Part shown: in pieces, positions 62,621-64,000 of the stretch
Numbering within the stretch: position 1 is the stretch's first letter
Layout of the letters: the number at the start of each line of letters is the position of its first letter
Origin: Lama glama
Taxonomy: Eukaryota
Assembly (NCBI GenBank): GCA_028534125.1
Contig: CM052816.1
Location: 30,134,001 to 30,198,000 of the forward strand
Direction: 5' to 3'
Length of the DNA stretch: 64,000 bases
Translations under genes and position numbers: made by a program
Notes under the pieces: model-generated
Told to the model about the DNA's origin: nothing
The model's input: only the letters and a program-made list of their open reading frames with translations
The model's database searches: none

Positions 62621-64000
62621 TTTTTCGCAAGAGTGAATAAAAGCAAGAGAAAAGACCTGATGGTATATTTCTGACAGTATTTGCAGGGTGTACGAGAAAG
62701 TCTCTGTGAAGTTGGTTGCCTGTGGGTTTTTAATTGTGAAGAGCTCTCACATGGAAACCTTTGCTGCAGGCTTGTAGTACCATTCTGTATTTTTGTCAGG
62801 GAAACAACCTACTGAGCTTTATTTATATTTCTCTGGGCTAAGGAGGCAGTAAAAAAAATAAAATAGCATAGGGTGTGCAGAAGGATATAGTCATTATATG
62901 ACCTCCTGTACATTACAAATCTTCCCAAATGTACAACATACTCCCAGCCCACAACATTCAAATGTTACATCTAGACTCCAAATTCGGTAAAATCATGTGT
63001 TCAAAATGAAATGTGAACAAAACATGACTTATGATAGAAACTCATAAAGCTATTCTCTATAGAGGACCTTTGTGGTGATAAATTTCTTCTGTTCCGCTTA
63101 ATGTCCTTGCAGGTGGAATTTTTGAACCAAGTCTTTGCTAGGTGAACTAGTTTGTAGAGAGAGAAACTTGTCTCCTTCCCAGTCCCTGTCTCTATCTTCA
63201 GTCCCACCAGATCAGTACCTTATCATTTTATCAAAGGCTATAACTTCTGGTATGAAAAAGTATATTTCTAACAGTGGCAAATATTACTCTATATGTGCTT
63301 ATGTATTTATCTTTAATTATATATTTATATATCTGGTCATAAAATAATTGGTGCCAAGTACCAGTGCTTAAGATTATTTATTTTATTATTGATATGATGC
63401 TTTTCATTGTGTGATTTGTCTAACATTGTTTGCATAAATTGTGGAAATTTATATGATATCCCCAGGAAAGCAATCAAACACAAATCTAACAAGTAGGGGA
63501 ATGTTGGCAGGCTAATTTTTCGGCATTTTGTTGAGTTTGTATTGTTACAACCACATTTTCGCTCTTAGGACTATGGGGGATGTTTAGAAATGGGCCCAAA
63601 GCCCCAAAATCCTCAATAAAGTTGCCCTTCTTAAAAGGAAATGTGTGCATTGGTAGACAGGCTTCTACATTAGTAGAATAGTTTTTAGTGTCACTGATGG
63701 GAATATTAAGTGCCAAAATTAATGTTTTAAATCCAAGGCTAGCAGGTAAGTTATTCTTTAACTAATGGCAGGGAAGGAACAAAATTCTGTTAAAGGGAAA
63801 AGAATGGGGCATTTTAACTGCACTTTAAATCAGTGGTTATCTGAACAAAGGTGCAGCAATGCCTTTGCAAATGACTTGTGAAAGAAGTTGAAATTTCTAT
63901 GGTAAGACCTGTTATTTGTGTAGATGGGATATTTTAGGGTATAGTATTTTTGCAGTAAGTTGGGACATTTTATAGATATGATATAAAAGTACCTAGTTAT

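Noticed and set aside
63112..63140. Good acceptor (ttcttctgttccgcttaatgtccttgcAG) followed by VEFLNQVFA
   Set aside because: Donor GTGAAC is weak, length 29 nt, peptide unrecognised, and the frame stops immediately if unspliced
63743..63751. Perfect donor CAG|GTAAGT
   Set aside because: No convincing upstream acceptor or coding frame; isolated donors are expected by chance
1..64000. About a dozen scattered AP-1 sites (TGAGTCA/TGACTCA)
   Set aside because: Close to chance expectation for a 7-mer on two strands in 64 kb
1..64000. tRNA, rRNA, snRNA, NUMT, processed pseudogene, CRISPR array or retroviral gag/pol/env
   Set aside because: None recognised by eye; the remaining short ORFs have no recognisable homology. 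A diverged snoRNA or miRNA cannot be excluded without an Infernal/Rfam scan

Overview
Mammalian non-coding genomic DNA, AT-rich and CpG-depleted. I found no recognisable protein-coding exon, RNA gene, CpG island, CRISPR array or prokaryotic system. Much of the window is decayed interspersed repeat. Old elements include MIR, L2, L1M/L1ME fragments, MaLR/ERVL LTRs and hAT/TcMar MITEs (MER44A-, MER58A- and MER104-like). Younger elements are cetartiodactyl-type L1 3' ends and ERV1-type solo LTRs. I saw no Alu, B1/B2, Bov-tA/BovB, PRE1, CHR, Can-SINE or ERE copies; together with the L1 3' tail sequence this suggests a camelid (inference). Most L1/L2 fragments are on the minus strand, as expected inside a long intron of a plus-strand gene. 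The only ORFs in the track with recognisable homology are L1 ORF2 remnants. The best leads are two frame-preserving microexon-like splice signatures, several repeat-free enhancer-like motif clusters, a CpG-rich patch inside an ancient L1, an inverted pair of related solo LTRs and a nested transposon stack. Repeat family names come from remembered consensus sequences, not a database search, and boundaries are approximate unless a TSD is given. I cannot support a claim of a novel biological system here.
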